DNA of 64,000 bases from positions 1 to 64,000 of the forward strand of contig JBGAHS010000004.1 of the NCBI GenBank assembly GCA_044226015.1, given 5' to 3'. This DNA is from Candidatus Obscuribacteraceae bacterium (lineage in GTDB: Bacteria > Cyanobacteriota > Vampirovibrionia > Obscuribacterales > Obscuribacteraceae). Below the pieces are notes generated by a model. It was not told the origin of the DNA and did not search any database. It saw only the letters and a program-made list of their open reading frames with translations. The translations under genes were made by a program, and so were the position numbers. This document shows, one piece after another, positions 16,599 through 26,396 of this stretch; position 1 is the first letter of the stretch, and every line of letters starts with the position of its first letter.

Positions 16599-17480
16599 TC
16601 ATCCGAGAATGTATTCTGATGTGTCTAGCTTGAGAGTCTGCAACGAACAGGCAAGTACGTTTCTACATGCAAACAAAAGAGCAATTTTTGCCTTAACCAG
16701 CTCTGTGTTTCCGCTTAATATGGTCGTCTTCCCGAGAAAGCTTTCCAGTAAAAACGATGCACGCTCAGCAAATTCGAAGGTTTCTTGCTTGAGGTTGAGG
16801 CACTTCGCCTCATCGCCCAAGTTGAGATCAAAAAACTGAGACAAGTGAAGTAACAAGTTGCGAACAGGGTCATCTAAGCTGTTGTCATGTCCTTTTTCTT
16901 GCTCTTTCTTTTCTTTGAATAGAGTCGCTATAAGCCCACTAACATTGGTTTTGCTAGTGAAGAACTGTGAGAGATCAGTGATAGCCAGTAGCGCAGGAGT
17001 TTCTCGTAGAGACTCTAAATTGAGTTGTGGATTCGTAGCTAAACGAACAAATGAGCTGCAACGTGCATAGGCGTATTTAATTGGAAAGCTACTTCGTCCC
17101 GCTACTATAGGTTCTTCGTTTGCCTGAGAAGCCGGTAGATTAGCTATCTTCCAATTCAACAACTCTTCCAAAAGGCGCTGCAAAAATTCGTCTTTGATTT
17201 TGAAATTGATGAATCCGTTATTTGCAATTTGGGTGTCTGCAAGATCTGCCAGTTCGTTTTTTGCAAATTCGCAAATAGTCTGTGCTGTGGTCAGGGGACT
17301 CATTCTCGCTAAAGCCGCTAGTTTCAAAGCAATGCCGCAGGCATAATCGCCGAATTCTTTCCTGCGCGGAGCGCTAATAACTATTGCTTCTTCAAAGGGT
17401 TGCGTGAGCGGTATTTTTCCTTGCTTCACAGCAAAGTCACATGCATTCGCAACAGCCGCTGCTAACTTTTTCTTGATCAC
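16599..17480 (-). CDS. ArgRS-like protein: N-terminal domain plus DALR anticodon-binding domain, no catalytic core
   Basis: EFGDYACGIALKLA...GFINF (Arg_tRNA_synt_N) and IKYAYARCSSFVR (DALR); only 293 aa, no HIGH motif. Confidence 0.7.
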   Translation of the reverse strand: MIKKKLAAAVANACDFAVKQGKIPLTQPFEEAIVISAPRRKEFGDYACGIALKLAALARMSPLTTAQTICEFAKNELADLADTQIANNGFINFKIKDEFLQRLLEELLNWKIANLPASQANEEPIVAGRSSFPIKYAYARCSSFVRLATNPQLNLESLRETPALLAITDLSQFFTSKTNVSGLIATLFKEKKEQEKGHDNSLDDPVRNLLLHLSQFFDLNLGDEAKCLNLKQETFEFAERASFLLESFLGKTTILSGNTELVKAKIALLFACRNVLACSLQTLKLDTSEYILG

Positions 17481-17609
17481 TCTGAGTCCTTTTCATTTTT
17501 GCTGCCTGATTATAACCTCTTGAATTATCAGGACAAAACTGTGTCAGTCTGGTTTTTGCGCCTTATGGACGAATCGACCGTGCCTTTTAGAAGGGGGCTT
17601 CAGCAACAA

Positions 17610-17640
17610 GAAAAAAAACGGCGCCGAATTCGACGCCGTA
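17610..17640 (-). terminator. intrinsic terminator of the ECF sigma operon
   Basis: ACGGCG-ccgaattcga-CGCCGT stem with a U-tract on the minus strand. Confidence 0.6.
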
Positions 17641-17661
17641 AAATGCTATGTGTAATCGCGT

Positions 17662-18165
17662 TTAGTGTTGCTGAATTGCCCACTTAACTTTATGGATGAT
17701 ATCCATGAAGCCACCTTGCTCTTCTGTTTGTGGAGCCGTAGCAGCTGACTGCTGCCTGGTGGCGATCATCTGTTGCATCATCGCTTCCAGGTGATGCTGT
17801 TGATCTTGATTCAAAATTGCACGTTTCTTCAAATAATTCGTGGTGGCTTCGTTGCGAAGCTGTTCTTTTAAATGAGCAATCCGCTGGTTTGTAGCCATAA
17901 TATCGAGCGGATCAGATTTTGGGTCCATCAATAGTTTTGCGAGTTTGCGTTGCTCGACCAGAATTTCCGGCTGCATACGCATGTACTTGCCGTTCCAGTC
18001 ATGCTCTAGCGCCTGCACTTGTTGTGTTTGAGGCTGCGAGAGATTGAGCTTCTTCCAATCAACACAGCTTTTGCCATCTTCGCCTTCAGCGAGGGCAAAA
18101 CTGCCACTCATGAAAGACGCTCCAATTGCCAGTGTAATTGCGTTTACTCTACTACTGATTCTCAT
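17662..18165 (-). CDS. periplasmic Spy/CpxP-like protein
   Basis: Signal peptide; LNLSQPQ and ILNQDQ (LTxxQ-like) motifs; helical. Confidence 0.7.
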   Translation of the reverse strand: MRISSRVNAITLAIGASFMSGSFALAEGEDGKSCVDWKKLNLSQPQTQQVQALEHDWNGKYMRMQPEILVEQRKLAKLLMDPKSDPLDIMATNQRIAHLKEQLRNEATTNYLKKRAILNQDQQHHLEAMMQQMIATRQQSAATAPQTEEQGGFMDIIHKVKWAIQQH

Positions 18166-19048
18166 ATACCATCGCTTCCGCCATATCGGCAGGTTCTCCC
18201 AATGCAGATTCTATCAAGTAAGACTCCGCAGTAACAGGTCTTACACTCACTGTAGGACCAGAATTCATTCCAAAAAACATGGTGACGGCTGCTAGCAAAC
18301 CTGCTACCACCACTGCTGACGCAGCATACAGGTGGACAGGGCGAATATTTGTCGGTGTTTTCTTTTTCTCGCGAGGAGCAAATTGAACCACCTGCATCTT
18401 CGCTTTAATTTCAGGCCAGAGATCGAAGTCTTCTGGTATTTCGGGCTGGTAGTTTTCCCGAAGCATTGTGCCAGTCTGAGTAATCAGTGTCAGATTCTCT
18501 CGGCAATCTGTACATTCCAGTAAATGGCTGGTTATTGTGCGATGTCGATCGGGCGTGACCTCTCTGTCATAGTAGGTTGAGAGATCGTCTCTAATTAACT
18601 GGCAATCTTCGTCAAGACGATTTTTTATGCCTGCCCACAAATCTACTTCCATCGCTGGCATTTCTAAGCCGCGGGAAAGCAATCCATTGACCTGCGATAG
18701 ATCCTGAAACATACCGTGGCATGGAGTGCATGCTTGCAAGTGCTCGCTTACTCCCTCTTTGGCTGGAACTATAAGCTCGCCATCGAGATATGCCGAAAAG
18801 TCTTCTTGAATCGTTTCACAAATACTTGGAAGCTTATCTGCAAGCCCAGCCCATATGTCTGGGCAAACTGCCACGGCTGCTAGTTTTGCCTGTGCCAAGA
18901 CTTTTGACGTGTCCCTGAATTGCACATGCAAAGTCTGGCAAGACACACAACCGGTGATATGTTCCGATACTTCTGAGTGACGAGTTTTTTCTAACTCACC
19001 GTCAACATAGGCGGAAATATCTTCTTTAAACTCTGCGCACGCTGTCAT
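18152..19048 (-). CDS. membrane anti-sigma factor with three zf-HC2 (ZAS) domains
   Basis: HITGCVSC, HLQACTPC and HLLECTDC, each preceded by a C..SAY.DGE-like motif; single C-terminal TM helix; overlaps the sigma gene. Confidence 0.88.
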   Translation of the reverse strand: MTACAEFKEDISAYVDGELEKTRHSEVSEHITGCVSCQTLHVQFRDTSKVLAQAKLAAVAVCPDIWAGLADKLPSICETIQEDFSAYLDGELIVPAKEGVSEHLQACTPCHGMFQDLSQVNGLLSRGLEMPAMEVDLWAGIKNRLDEDCQLIRDDLSTYYDREVTPDRHRTITSHLLECTDCRENLTLITQTGTMLRENYQPEIPEDFDLWPEIKAKMQVVQFAPREKKKTPTNIRPVHLYAASAVVVAGLLAAVTMFFGMNSGPTVSVRPVTAESYLIESALGEPADMAEAMVYENQ

Positions 19049-19674
19049 CCGCTGGAGACCTCACTAGACCCCTGACGTTGTAAATAAGGCTGGAGCAACT
19101 CTTGCAACTTAGTCCTGGCGCGCGCTATGCGCGATTTAACCGTTCCCATTTCGGTCTTGGTTAGTATTGCAATTTCCTCGTAGCTCAACCCCTCCACTTC
19201 TCGCAAGACGATGGCGGTTCGAAACTGTTCCGGCAATTTTGCCATTGCGTCCCTAATTACATGAGAAAGTTCTTGATTTAGTATTTTCTCATCTGGCAGG
19301 GTGCTTGAGTCTGGAATGTCACGAGTTGTGTTGTCCCCTTCATCTGAATCAGATTCGAGTCCCTCGTCCATAGATATAGTAGGGACGCGGCGGGGACGGC
19401 GGCGTAGCTCATCATAAAAAAGGTTGGTGACAATTTGCGTCAACCATCCTCTAAAGGAGCCGGGATTCCTTAAATTGTTTATCGAGCGCCATACCCTTAT
19501 GAAAACTTCCTGGGCTAAATCAGAGGTGTCAGACCAGTCTGGTGCCAACTGGTAAAGTAACGCGAACACCGTACGCTGATGTCTTTTCACTAACTCTTCA
19601 AAAGCCGCGGGATCGCGCTTCTGGCACGCCAGAACCAAATCTCTATCGCTCTTTTGACTATAGACTGTCGCCAT
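19045..19674 (-). CDS. ECF RNA polymerase sigma factor (SigG/RpoE-like)
   Basis: DLAQEVFIRVW, FRGWL and LREVEGLSYEEIA...GTVKSRIARAR motifs. Confidence 0.93.
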   Translation of the reverse strand: MATVYSQKSDRDLVLACQKRDPAAFEELVKRHQRTVFALLYQLAPDWSDTSDLAQEVFIRVWRSINNLRNPGSFRGWLTQIVTNLFYDELRRRPRRVPTISMDEGLESDSDEGDNTTRDIPDSSTLPDEKILNQELSHVIRDAMAKLPEQFRTAIVLREVEGLSYEEIAILTKTEMGTVKSRIARARTKLQELLQPYLQRQGSSEVSSG

Positions 19675-20117
19675 ATCACTCCTCTTCTGATGAGGTCAGG
19701 CTCGGTAAGAGGCGCTCCGCAGCCTGCCACATTATGCCTAATATGGTAACACTATAATTTGCAAGAGCAAGCCGAAACCCTTTGTTAATCGTGCTCAGCG
19801 TGTATATCGAATGTCTATGCGAATTGATTAAAGCTTGAGGGAAGGTCTTGAATCTCGCGGAGAATTATGGCTGTCTGGAACTTCCTATTTCAGATTTATG
19901 TATTGTCCTTCGAAAGCGGCTTGGGAAGGCATCTACCAGAATGAATCGCTGCTCGCTTTTGTAAGAAGTCTTATTGTTTCTCTTCCCTGGCTCCAGTTGC
20001 GAGCTTCGGCACTTTATTACACTCAGTTTAAGCCAGAACTGACACGGTTTATCGAGCATTCCTGTTAAACTTGATCGTTCAGAACATTGCATTTAACTGG
20101 CATAGGAGAAAAGTTCA

Positions 20118-21371
20118 GTGCCAAACCGACATCTATTTACTTCGGAGTCCGTGACTGAAGGACATCCAGACAAAGTTTGTGACCAAATCTCTGACGCGAT
20201 ATTGGACAAAATCCTTACGCAAGACCCTACAGGACGCGTAGCTGCAGAATGTACAGTGACCACTGGTTTGGTCATGGTGGTCGGAGAAATCAACACCACA
20301 GCACAAATTGACGTTGCTGAAGTTGTGCGTAAGACCGTTTCGGAAATTGGTTATGAAGGCGAGCGTGGCGGCGGTTTCGACGCTAAGACCTGTGCTGTTC
20401 TAGTAAGTCTGGACAAGCAATCTCCTGACATCGCTGGTGGCGTTGATCAGGCGCTTGAAAAACGAGGAAATTCTAAGGGCGATGAGTTCGACCAGATCGG
20501 CGCTGGCGACCAGGGCATGATGTTCGGCTTCGCTTGTGATGAAACCCCTGAATACATGCCGATGCCAATTCTGGTTTCACACCGAATTGCAAGAAGACTT
20601 TCAGAAGTGCGAAAACTGGGCGTTTTGAAGTACCTTCGTCCAGATGGCAAGACTCAAGTTACCGTTGAATACGAAGGTGATAAGCCAGTGCGCTTGCACT
20701 CTATCGTTATTTCCACGCAACATGAGCCCACAATCGACGGTTTGACAGATAACGCCGCTATTCAAGCTCGCATCGAAGAAGACTTGAAGAAGTACGTTGT
20801 AAGTCCGTTATTCCAAGATTTGAGCGTAAAGCCAGATGCTGAGACCCGCTATTACATCAACCCATCGGGTAGATTCGTCCTCGGCGGACCGCAAGCAGAC
20901 GCGGGTTTGACCGGACGCAAGATTATCGTGGATACCTACGGCGGTTACGCTCGTCATGGCGGCGGCGCATTCTCCGGTAAAGATCCAACCAAGGTTGACC
21001 GCAGCGCAGCGTATGCAGCGCGCTATGTAGCAAAGAACATTGTCGCTGCAGGTCTGGCTAGCAAGGCCGAAGTTCAGATTGCGTATGCAATCGGTGTTGC
21101 GCATCCTGTGTCGGTTCTTGTCACAACATTCGGAACAGGCAAGATTTCTGACGAAGAGATCCAGGAGCTTGTAAAGAAGACCTTCGATTTGAGACCCGCT
21201 GCAATCATCAAGAATCTCGAATTGAACCTGCTTCCAAAGCAGAACAACGGCAAGTTCTATCAAAACGTAGCTGCCTACGGGCACTTCGGCCGCACAGATC
21301 TCGACCTGCCATGGGAAAAACTCGACAAAGTTGATGTTCTTAAGAAAGCACTTGAAAAGGTCGCTCATTAA
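20118..21371 (+). CDS. metK: S-adenosylmethionine synthetase
   Basis: [19 protein letters not shown] and GGGAFSGKD motifs. Confidence 0.97.
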   Translation: MPNRHLFTSESVTEGHPDKVCDQISDAILDKILTQDPTGRVAAECTVTTGLVMVVGEINTTAQIDVAEVVRKTVSEIGYEGERGGGFDAKTCAVLVSLDKQSPDIAGGVDQALEKRGNSKGDEFDQIGAGDQGMMFGFACDETPEYMPMPILVSHRIARRLSEVRKLGVLKYLRPDGKTQVTVEYEGDKPVRLHSIVISTQHEPTIDGLTDNAAIQARIEEDLKKYVVSPLFQDLSVKPDAETRYYINPSGRFVLGGPQADAGLTGRKIIVDTYGGYARHGGGAFSGKDPTKVDRSAAYAARYVAKNIVAAGLASKAEVQIAYAIGVAHPVSVLVTTFGTGKISDEEIQELVKKTFDLRPAAIIKNLELNLLPKQNNGKFYQNVAAYGHFGRTDLDLPWEKLDKVDVLKKALEKVAH

Positions 21372-21411
21372 TCTCATCAGCTTCGATAAGTCGAATCATA
21401 AATTCAGCAGT

Positions 21412-21446
21412 ACCCCCCGGACATATCCAAGATGTCCGGGGGGTAT
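21412..21446 (+). terminator. stem-loop after metK
   Basis: CCCCCGGACAT-atccaag-ATGTCCGGGGG. Confidence 0.65.
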
Positions 21447-21496
21447 AATTCATCTCGTGCACGGGCTATGAAAAGCCGAATGGAGAGAAAAACCAG

Positions 21497-22498
21497 GTGA
21501 CTGCAGAAAAAAAGATGGAATTAGCCGGTTATCTGGTTGTAAATTCCGGCACACCTGATGCCTACTTCTTTGAGTTGGAACACGGTAAGTTGCTCGAAAT
21601 AGGGCGCAAGCCTGGCTCTCCCACTGGTCCGCGGAAGTTGGTTTTGCCAGTGCCTGAAGTCTCCAGCCTTCACGCAGAGTTGCGTCCGGGCACGGAGGGC
21701 TGGTGCGTTCGTGACAATAGCTCTACGAATGGCACTCGTCTCAATGGCAATTGGCTTTCTGCCGGACAAGATTATTTATTGAAGAATGGCGACCATATTA
21801 AAATTGCCCAGGTTGACCTTATCGTAAATTTGCCGGAGTCGGCTCCGCAGCGTGGTGACGATGTTGTTCGTGAAGAAGATGAGCATGAGCGCACGCAGCT
21901 GCATATCAAACTTATGACCGCGACAATTCTTGTAGCGGACATTCGCGCGTTCACGACACTTTCTGAACAGTATTCGGACCAACCGAATATCGTTATGCAA
22001 GCTGCTCAGCGTGTGTTTGCGAGGTTTCACGATGACATTCGGCGCAACCAGGGGCAAGTCGAAAAGATTGCTGGTGACGCTGTTATGGCTTACTGGCAGG
22101 GAGACGATAGACCCGGCGCCGACTCAGCGAGTTGCGCCATACAAGCTTGCTTCACCGCATTGCGCATAAAAGAGTCGGTTCCTCAGATTGCGTCCAACCA
22201 GCAAGATTGGCCATTCCGTGAATATCCGTTACAGGTAGACATTGCTCTGGCTACGGGGCCCGTGGCGGCAGGCGTCCTGGGTGCAGGAAAATCAAGTTTG
22301 GCGGTACTTGGAGACACTGCAAACCTCGCGTTTCGAATGGAGAAGTTGATTGGTGTTGACCGTCCCGGAGACATCATCGTTGATGGTGCTACTCACGATA
22401 TGGCGCAGAATCATTTCAATTTCGAAGGGCTTGGCTCTCAGGTTGTTAAAGGGCGTCAGCGTCCGGTTGACCTTTTCAGATTGCTTGGTCAACGGTGA
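21497..22498 (+). CDS. FHA domain plus class III adenylate/guanylate cyclase
   Basis: FHA motifs IGR, VSSLHA, SSTNGT; cyclase motifs ADIRAFT, KIAGDAVM, GDTANLAFRME, VKGR. Confidence 0.9.
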   Translation: MTAEKKMELAGYLVVNSGTPDAYFFELEHGKLLEIGRKPGSPTGPRKLVLPVPEVSSLHAELRPGTEGWCVRDNSSTNGTRLNGNWLSAGQDYLLKNGDHIKIAQVDLIVNLPESAPQRGDDVVREEDEHERTQLHIKLMTATILVADIRAFTTLSEQYSDQPNIVMQAAQRVFARFHDDIRRNQGQVEKIAGDAVMAYWQGDDRPGADSASCAIQACFTALRIKESVPQIASNQQDWPFREYPLQVDIALATGPVAAGVLGAGKSSLAVLGDTANLAFRMEKLIGVDRPGDIIVDGATHDMAQNHFNFEGLGSQVVKGRQRPVDLFRLLGQR

Positions 22499-24018
22499 GT
22501 TCAACTCTTTCTGAAGCCATAGGACAACTCATCATCGGCAAAGTTCAAGGTTTAGAACTTGATGATGGAAATAAAACTTGCCTGAAGAATGGAACCATCG
22601 GCGGTATCACACTCTTCAAAGAGAATGTGGAGTCGATAGAACAGCTGATGAATCTTTGCGATTCAATTCGGCTGTTTAGTTATCATCCCAGGTTTATTGC
22701 TGTGGATCAGGAAGGCGGTCCCGTACAGCGTTTAGATCAGATCATCAGTCCCCTGCCATCTATGATGGCATTGGGTGAGAGCGATGATCTCAAGCGATTG
22801 AACATGGTGATTAGTATAGCGGCAAGGCAAATGAGTTTGCTTGGTATCAATTGTGTTCTTGCCCCTGTGCTGGATATAAACACTAACCCGGCTAATCCAA
22901 TTATTGGTACCAGAGCATTTTCTTCTTCGCCTGATCAAGTTGCCAGGCTTGGTGCTTCAGTGATGCGTAGTTACCTTGATGCCGGACTACTGCCCGTCGC
23001 GAAACATTTTCCTGGGCATGGCGACACAGATATGGACTCACATTTGGCGTTACCTAAACTTTCGTGCAGCAGCGAGCGACTGAACGAAATTGAACTTTTT
23101 CCATTTAAAGAAAACTTGCTACTTACGCCTGCAATTTTGGTTGCTCACCTCTGGATAGAATGTCTAGATCCACAGGAAACATTGCCATCTTCTCTCTCCT
23201 ACAATGTTTGTACAAAGCTGCTAAAAGAAGAGCTAGGGTATCAACGCTTATTGGTAAGCGACGATATGCTAATGAAAGCAATCACGAGTAAATGGGGATT
23301 GGCCGAAGCTTGTGTTAGAGCCGTTGAAGCTGGTTTAGATTTGTTGTTGGTCTGTTCGACGGCTGACGATTGTATGCTGGCTCATACCGCACTGATGGAA
23401 GCTGTAAAAACTGGACGTTTAAGTGAAGAACGAATTGCTCAGTCGATAAAAGCAAGAAACGCGGCACTAAAAATGTTGCCGGCCCATGAAGAAATTGAAA
23501 GAGGGCGGCGAATTTCTGCTTTGAAAAAATCGATTGCCGCCGCTGAGCCTGTGATGTCCGAGGCATCCAGTTCTGCAATCGAGTTGAGCAGGGGAATTCC
23601 CAGAACAATCTTCCTTGCGGATTCGCGAATAGACCTGTTTGTTCCAGACCATCCTCGCTATGCGCTGAAATATAGGGATGAATTATTGGCACAAATCCCG
23701 TCATTGAAAGAGCGATTATTCGAACATCGCTATTCAGTCTCTCCTTCGGCCGCAGAGATCGAGAACTTGCTTGCAGAATGCGGTGAGAATTGCATAATGG
23801 TGACCTTTCGAGCCACAATAAATAGGGAGCAAATTGCGCTTGCTAATTCTCTCCACATGAAGGCAAAACGCCACCTGTTGATAGCTAGTGATGTTCCATA
23901 TGATCTCGATGCATTGCCTGATTGGGATGATGCAATTTCCGTGTTTGATCCTTCAGATCTCGCTGTGAAGGCATTCGCAAAAGTAATGAAAAAGCAACTC
24001 AGCCAATTACTTACCTGA
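22495..24018 (+). CDS. nagZ: beta-N-acetylhexosaminidase (GH3)
   Basis: VDQEGG and KHFPGHGDTDMDSH signature. Confidence 0.9.
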   Translation: MSSTLSEAIGQLIIGKVQGLELDDGNKTCLKNGTIGGITLFKENVESIEQLMNLCDSIRLFSYHPRFIAVDQEGGPVQRLDQIISPLPSMMALGESDDLKRLNMVISIAARQMSLLGINCVLAPVLDINTNPANPIIGTRAFSSSPDQVARLGASVMRSYLDAGLLPVAKHFPGHGDTDMDSHLALPKLSCSSERLNEIELFPFKENLLLTPAILVAHLWIECLDPQETLPSSLSYNVCTKLLKEELGYQRLLVSDDMLMKAITSKWGLAEACVRAVEAGLDLLLVCSTADDCMLAHTALMEAVKTGRLSEERIAQSIKARNAALKMLPAHEEIERGRRISALKKSIAAAEPVMSEASSSAIELSRGIPRTIFLADSRIDLFVPDHPRYALKYRDELLAQIPSLKERLFEHRYSVSPSAAEIENLLAECGENCIMVTFRATINREQIALANSLHMKAKRHLLIASDVPYDLDALPDWDDAISVFDPSDLAVKAFAKVMKKQLSQLLT

Positions 24019-24025
24019 GGTTATT

Positions 24026-24469
24026 GTGAAAAGCGAAAAGCAAGACAAGCGCACCGTTGCCGATACCAATCGTGAGTTCTACAAGCACTGGACAGCGATT
24101 AAGCTCAGGTATGGGGATACCGATAGGCAAGGTCATATCAATAACGCGGTGTATTGTACGCTTTATGAATCTGGGCGAGTTGACTTCTTATTTGATGGAC
24201 AGCAATCGGTAGCAGGACCCGGCACATCATATGTTATTGCCAAAATAGCTTTGGATTATCTGCACGAGATGCACTTTCCGGGTACTGTAGAAATAGCTTC
24301 CCGTGTCACCAGAATTGGTGGCAGTAGTTTTACCGTTGCGCAGGCAATCTTTTTTCAAGGTAAATGCTCTTCTACCGCGGAATCTGTCATTGTGCAGCTA
24401 GATGAGTCCACTGGAAAGCCCCTGACAATTACCGAATCTTTGCGGAAGCGACTTGAAGCGATTTCATGA
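24026..24469 (+). CDS. acyl-CoA thioesterase (4HBT/YbgC family)
   Basis: RYGDTDRQGHINNAVY motif. Confidence 0.9.
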   Translation: MKSEKQDKRTVADTNREFYKHWTAIKLRYGDTDRQGHINNAVYCTLYESGRVDFLFDGQQSVAGPGTSYVIAKIALDYLHEMHFPGTVEIASRVTRIGGSSFTVAQAIFFQGKCSSTAESVIVQLDESTGKPLTITESLRKRLEAIS

Positions 24470-24610
24470 CGACATTCGCGCAGGCTCTACGCCTGATTTC
24501 GCTTTCGTTTACCCATTTCTGATTTCACTTCGTTTAATCACTAAACTCGCGGGCATATAGACGGAAGATGTCGGCTCTAAAGTCAAAACAACATTTTTAA
24601 CGGGCAATAT

Positions 24611-25546
24611 ATGGCAATACAACAACAGCAGCTAGACCCCAAGCAGCAGGCCGTCATGATTGTGGTCGTTGTACTTGTTCTAGTCCTGGCGATTGGATTC
24701 TCGGGATACATGGCGTCGTCTCAGACTCGAGAAATTACCGAAATGCCATTGACCAAGCTAAAGGAACTGCATCCTACCCATCTGCGAGTTAAGGGACCAT
24801 CTCCTCAGGGTGGACAAAATCTAAAACCTGCTCCTGCTGGTGCCAGATATATTCATTATGATTCTTCCGTGGGAAAGCTTGGTGCCTGGATTATTTCTCC
24901 ACAAAAAGGAGCTAACACGTTTTCTGATTCAAATGGGCAAAAACATCCAGCGATTTTGTGGGGACATGGCGGCTTCGCGCTTGGCACAAGTGACATCAAG
25001 GACGTCTATCCTTTTACCTATGCAGGCTATGTTGTACTTATTCCATCGTGGCGCGGCGAAAATGGCAACCCAGGAAATTTTGAGATGTGTTACGGAGAAG
25101 TAGAGGATGCCTTAGCTGCATTGAATTACTTGAAGTCTCGTTCGGATGTGGATGCGGATCATATATACGCGGCGGGGCATTCGTCCGGTGCGACGCTTGC
25201 ACTCTTGCTGGCTGAGGAAACTGAGGACTTAAAAGCTGTCAGTGCCTGTGGTGGCTATCCCGATATGTCTGCTCAAACCTATGAGAACGCTCCGTTCAAT
25301 GGATCCGATATTTATGAAACTGCTTGTAGAGCTCCTGGCCTGCATACTAAATTTCTCAACTGCCCTGCGCTGTTAGTGTATGGAAGTGATGAGAAACATT
25401 ACTTGTCGCAAGCGCAGAAAATGAAGATGGCAGCAGTGAAGCAGCGCAAGAAGGTAGCGGTTGAGACTATACCTAATTCAGATCACTTTAAGGCGCTGGC
25501 ACCAGCAATAGAAAAAATGATTGAGTTCTTCAAGGAAAATAGTTAG
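24611..25546 (+). CDS. membrane-anchored alpha/beta hydrolase (S9-like)
   Basis: N-terminal TM helix; HGG, GHSSG nucleophile, C-terminal DH. Confidence 0.85.
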   Translation: MAIQQQQLDPKQQAVMIVVVVLVLVLAIGFSGYMASSQTREITEMPLTKLKELHPTHLRVKGPSPQGGQNLKPAPAGARYIHYDSSVGKLGAWIISPQKGANTFSDSNGQKHPAILWGHGGFALGTSDIKDVYPFTYAGYVVLIPSWRGENGNPGNFEMCYGEVEDALAALNYLKSRSDVDADHIYAAGHSSGATLALLLAEETEDLKAVSACGGYPDMSAQTYENAPFNGSDIYETACRAPGLHTKFLNCPALLVYGSDEKHYLSQAQKMKMAAVKQRKKVAVETIPNSDHFKALAPAIEKMIEFFKENS

Positions 25547-25548
25547 CT

Positions 25549-26283
25549 TTAGCGCACAGCAAGCATCAGTGAAGAGACGGCCAGCGAGCCCATAACCACT
25601 TTCTTGAAGGTGTTTGTTGGAATGTGTTTGGCAATGTTTTTGCCGCTCCAGGAACCAATAATGGTAACAAATGCTAGCCACACCGAAAGCGCCCAGAATT
25701 CAGCTGGAATGTTTAGCGAACTTTGGTAGACCGCAAGCTTCACCATGTGTAGTATCAATGAACATGTCGCATCGGTGGCAATGAACTCAACTGGGGACAT
25801 CTCCAGGGATAGAAATGCCAGGGGACCTAAGGGACCTGCGGTGCCGATCATTCCTGAAAGAAAGCCAGCCATCGCGGCAAAAGGCAAGAAGTACTTTTCC
25901 GACTTTTGAGTTTGTTCGTCTGTTGGACGCTTGAAGAAGTTTATGGCGATAAACAAAACCAGGCAGGTTCCAATTACATGCATGAGAATGCCTTTGTTGA
26001 GATGTACAAAAGCATAACTTCCCAGAATAGTGGTAGGCACAGCCACTGAAGCAAATCTCAATAGCGCGCGCCATCTTATTGAATGCCATGATAGAGACGC
26101 ACGTGATGCGTTACTTACAATTTGAATTGAGGTGAGCATGGGAACAGCATTTTGTACTCCCACGATCGTCGAGAGAATCGGCAGCAATAACAAGCCACCG
26201 CCAGATCCAATACTTCCTGAAAGAAGCGCAGCAAAAAACGTAGCCACAACAATGGCGCATAGAGATATTAAGGACACGCTCAA
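25549..26283 (-). CDS. sulfite exporter TauE/SafE family membrane protein
   Basis: Polytopic; GSGGGLLLLP and GFLSGMIGTAGP motifs. Confidence 0.88.
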   Translation of the reverse strand: MSVSLISLCAIVVATFFAALLSGSIGSGGGLLLLPILSTIVGVQNAVPMLTSIQIVSNASRASLSWHSIRWRALLRFASVAVPTTILGSYAFVHLNKGILMHVIGTCLVLFIAINFFKRPTDEQTQKSEKYFLPFAAMAGFLSGMIGTAGPLGPLAFLSLEMSPVEFIATDATCSLILHMVKLAVYQSSLNIPAEFWALSVWLAFVTIIGSWSGKNIAKHIPTNTFKKVVMGSLAVSSLMLAVR

Positions 26284-26396
26284 ACCTTCGCTAAGTCACA
26301 CTATGCAAGAAATTGACGACGCGCCTATCGTGATGTTCCGACGAAGAGAGAAAAAATACAAATTCTTTTTGATGAAGACTCAAGAGTCCTCAATGT

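Noticed and set aside
19800..20117. SAM riboswitch upstream of metK
   Set aside because: Only TTATCGAG resembles SAM-I; the kink-turn and GCAAC core elements are absent.
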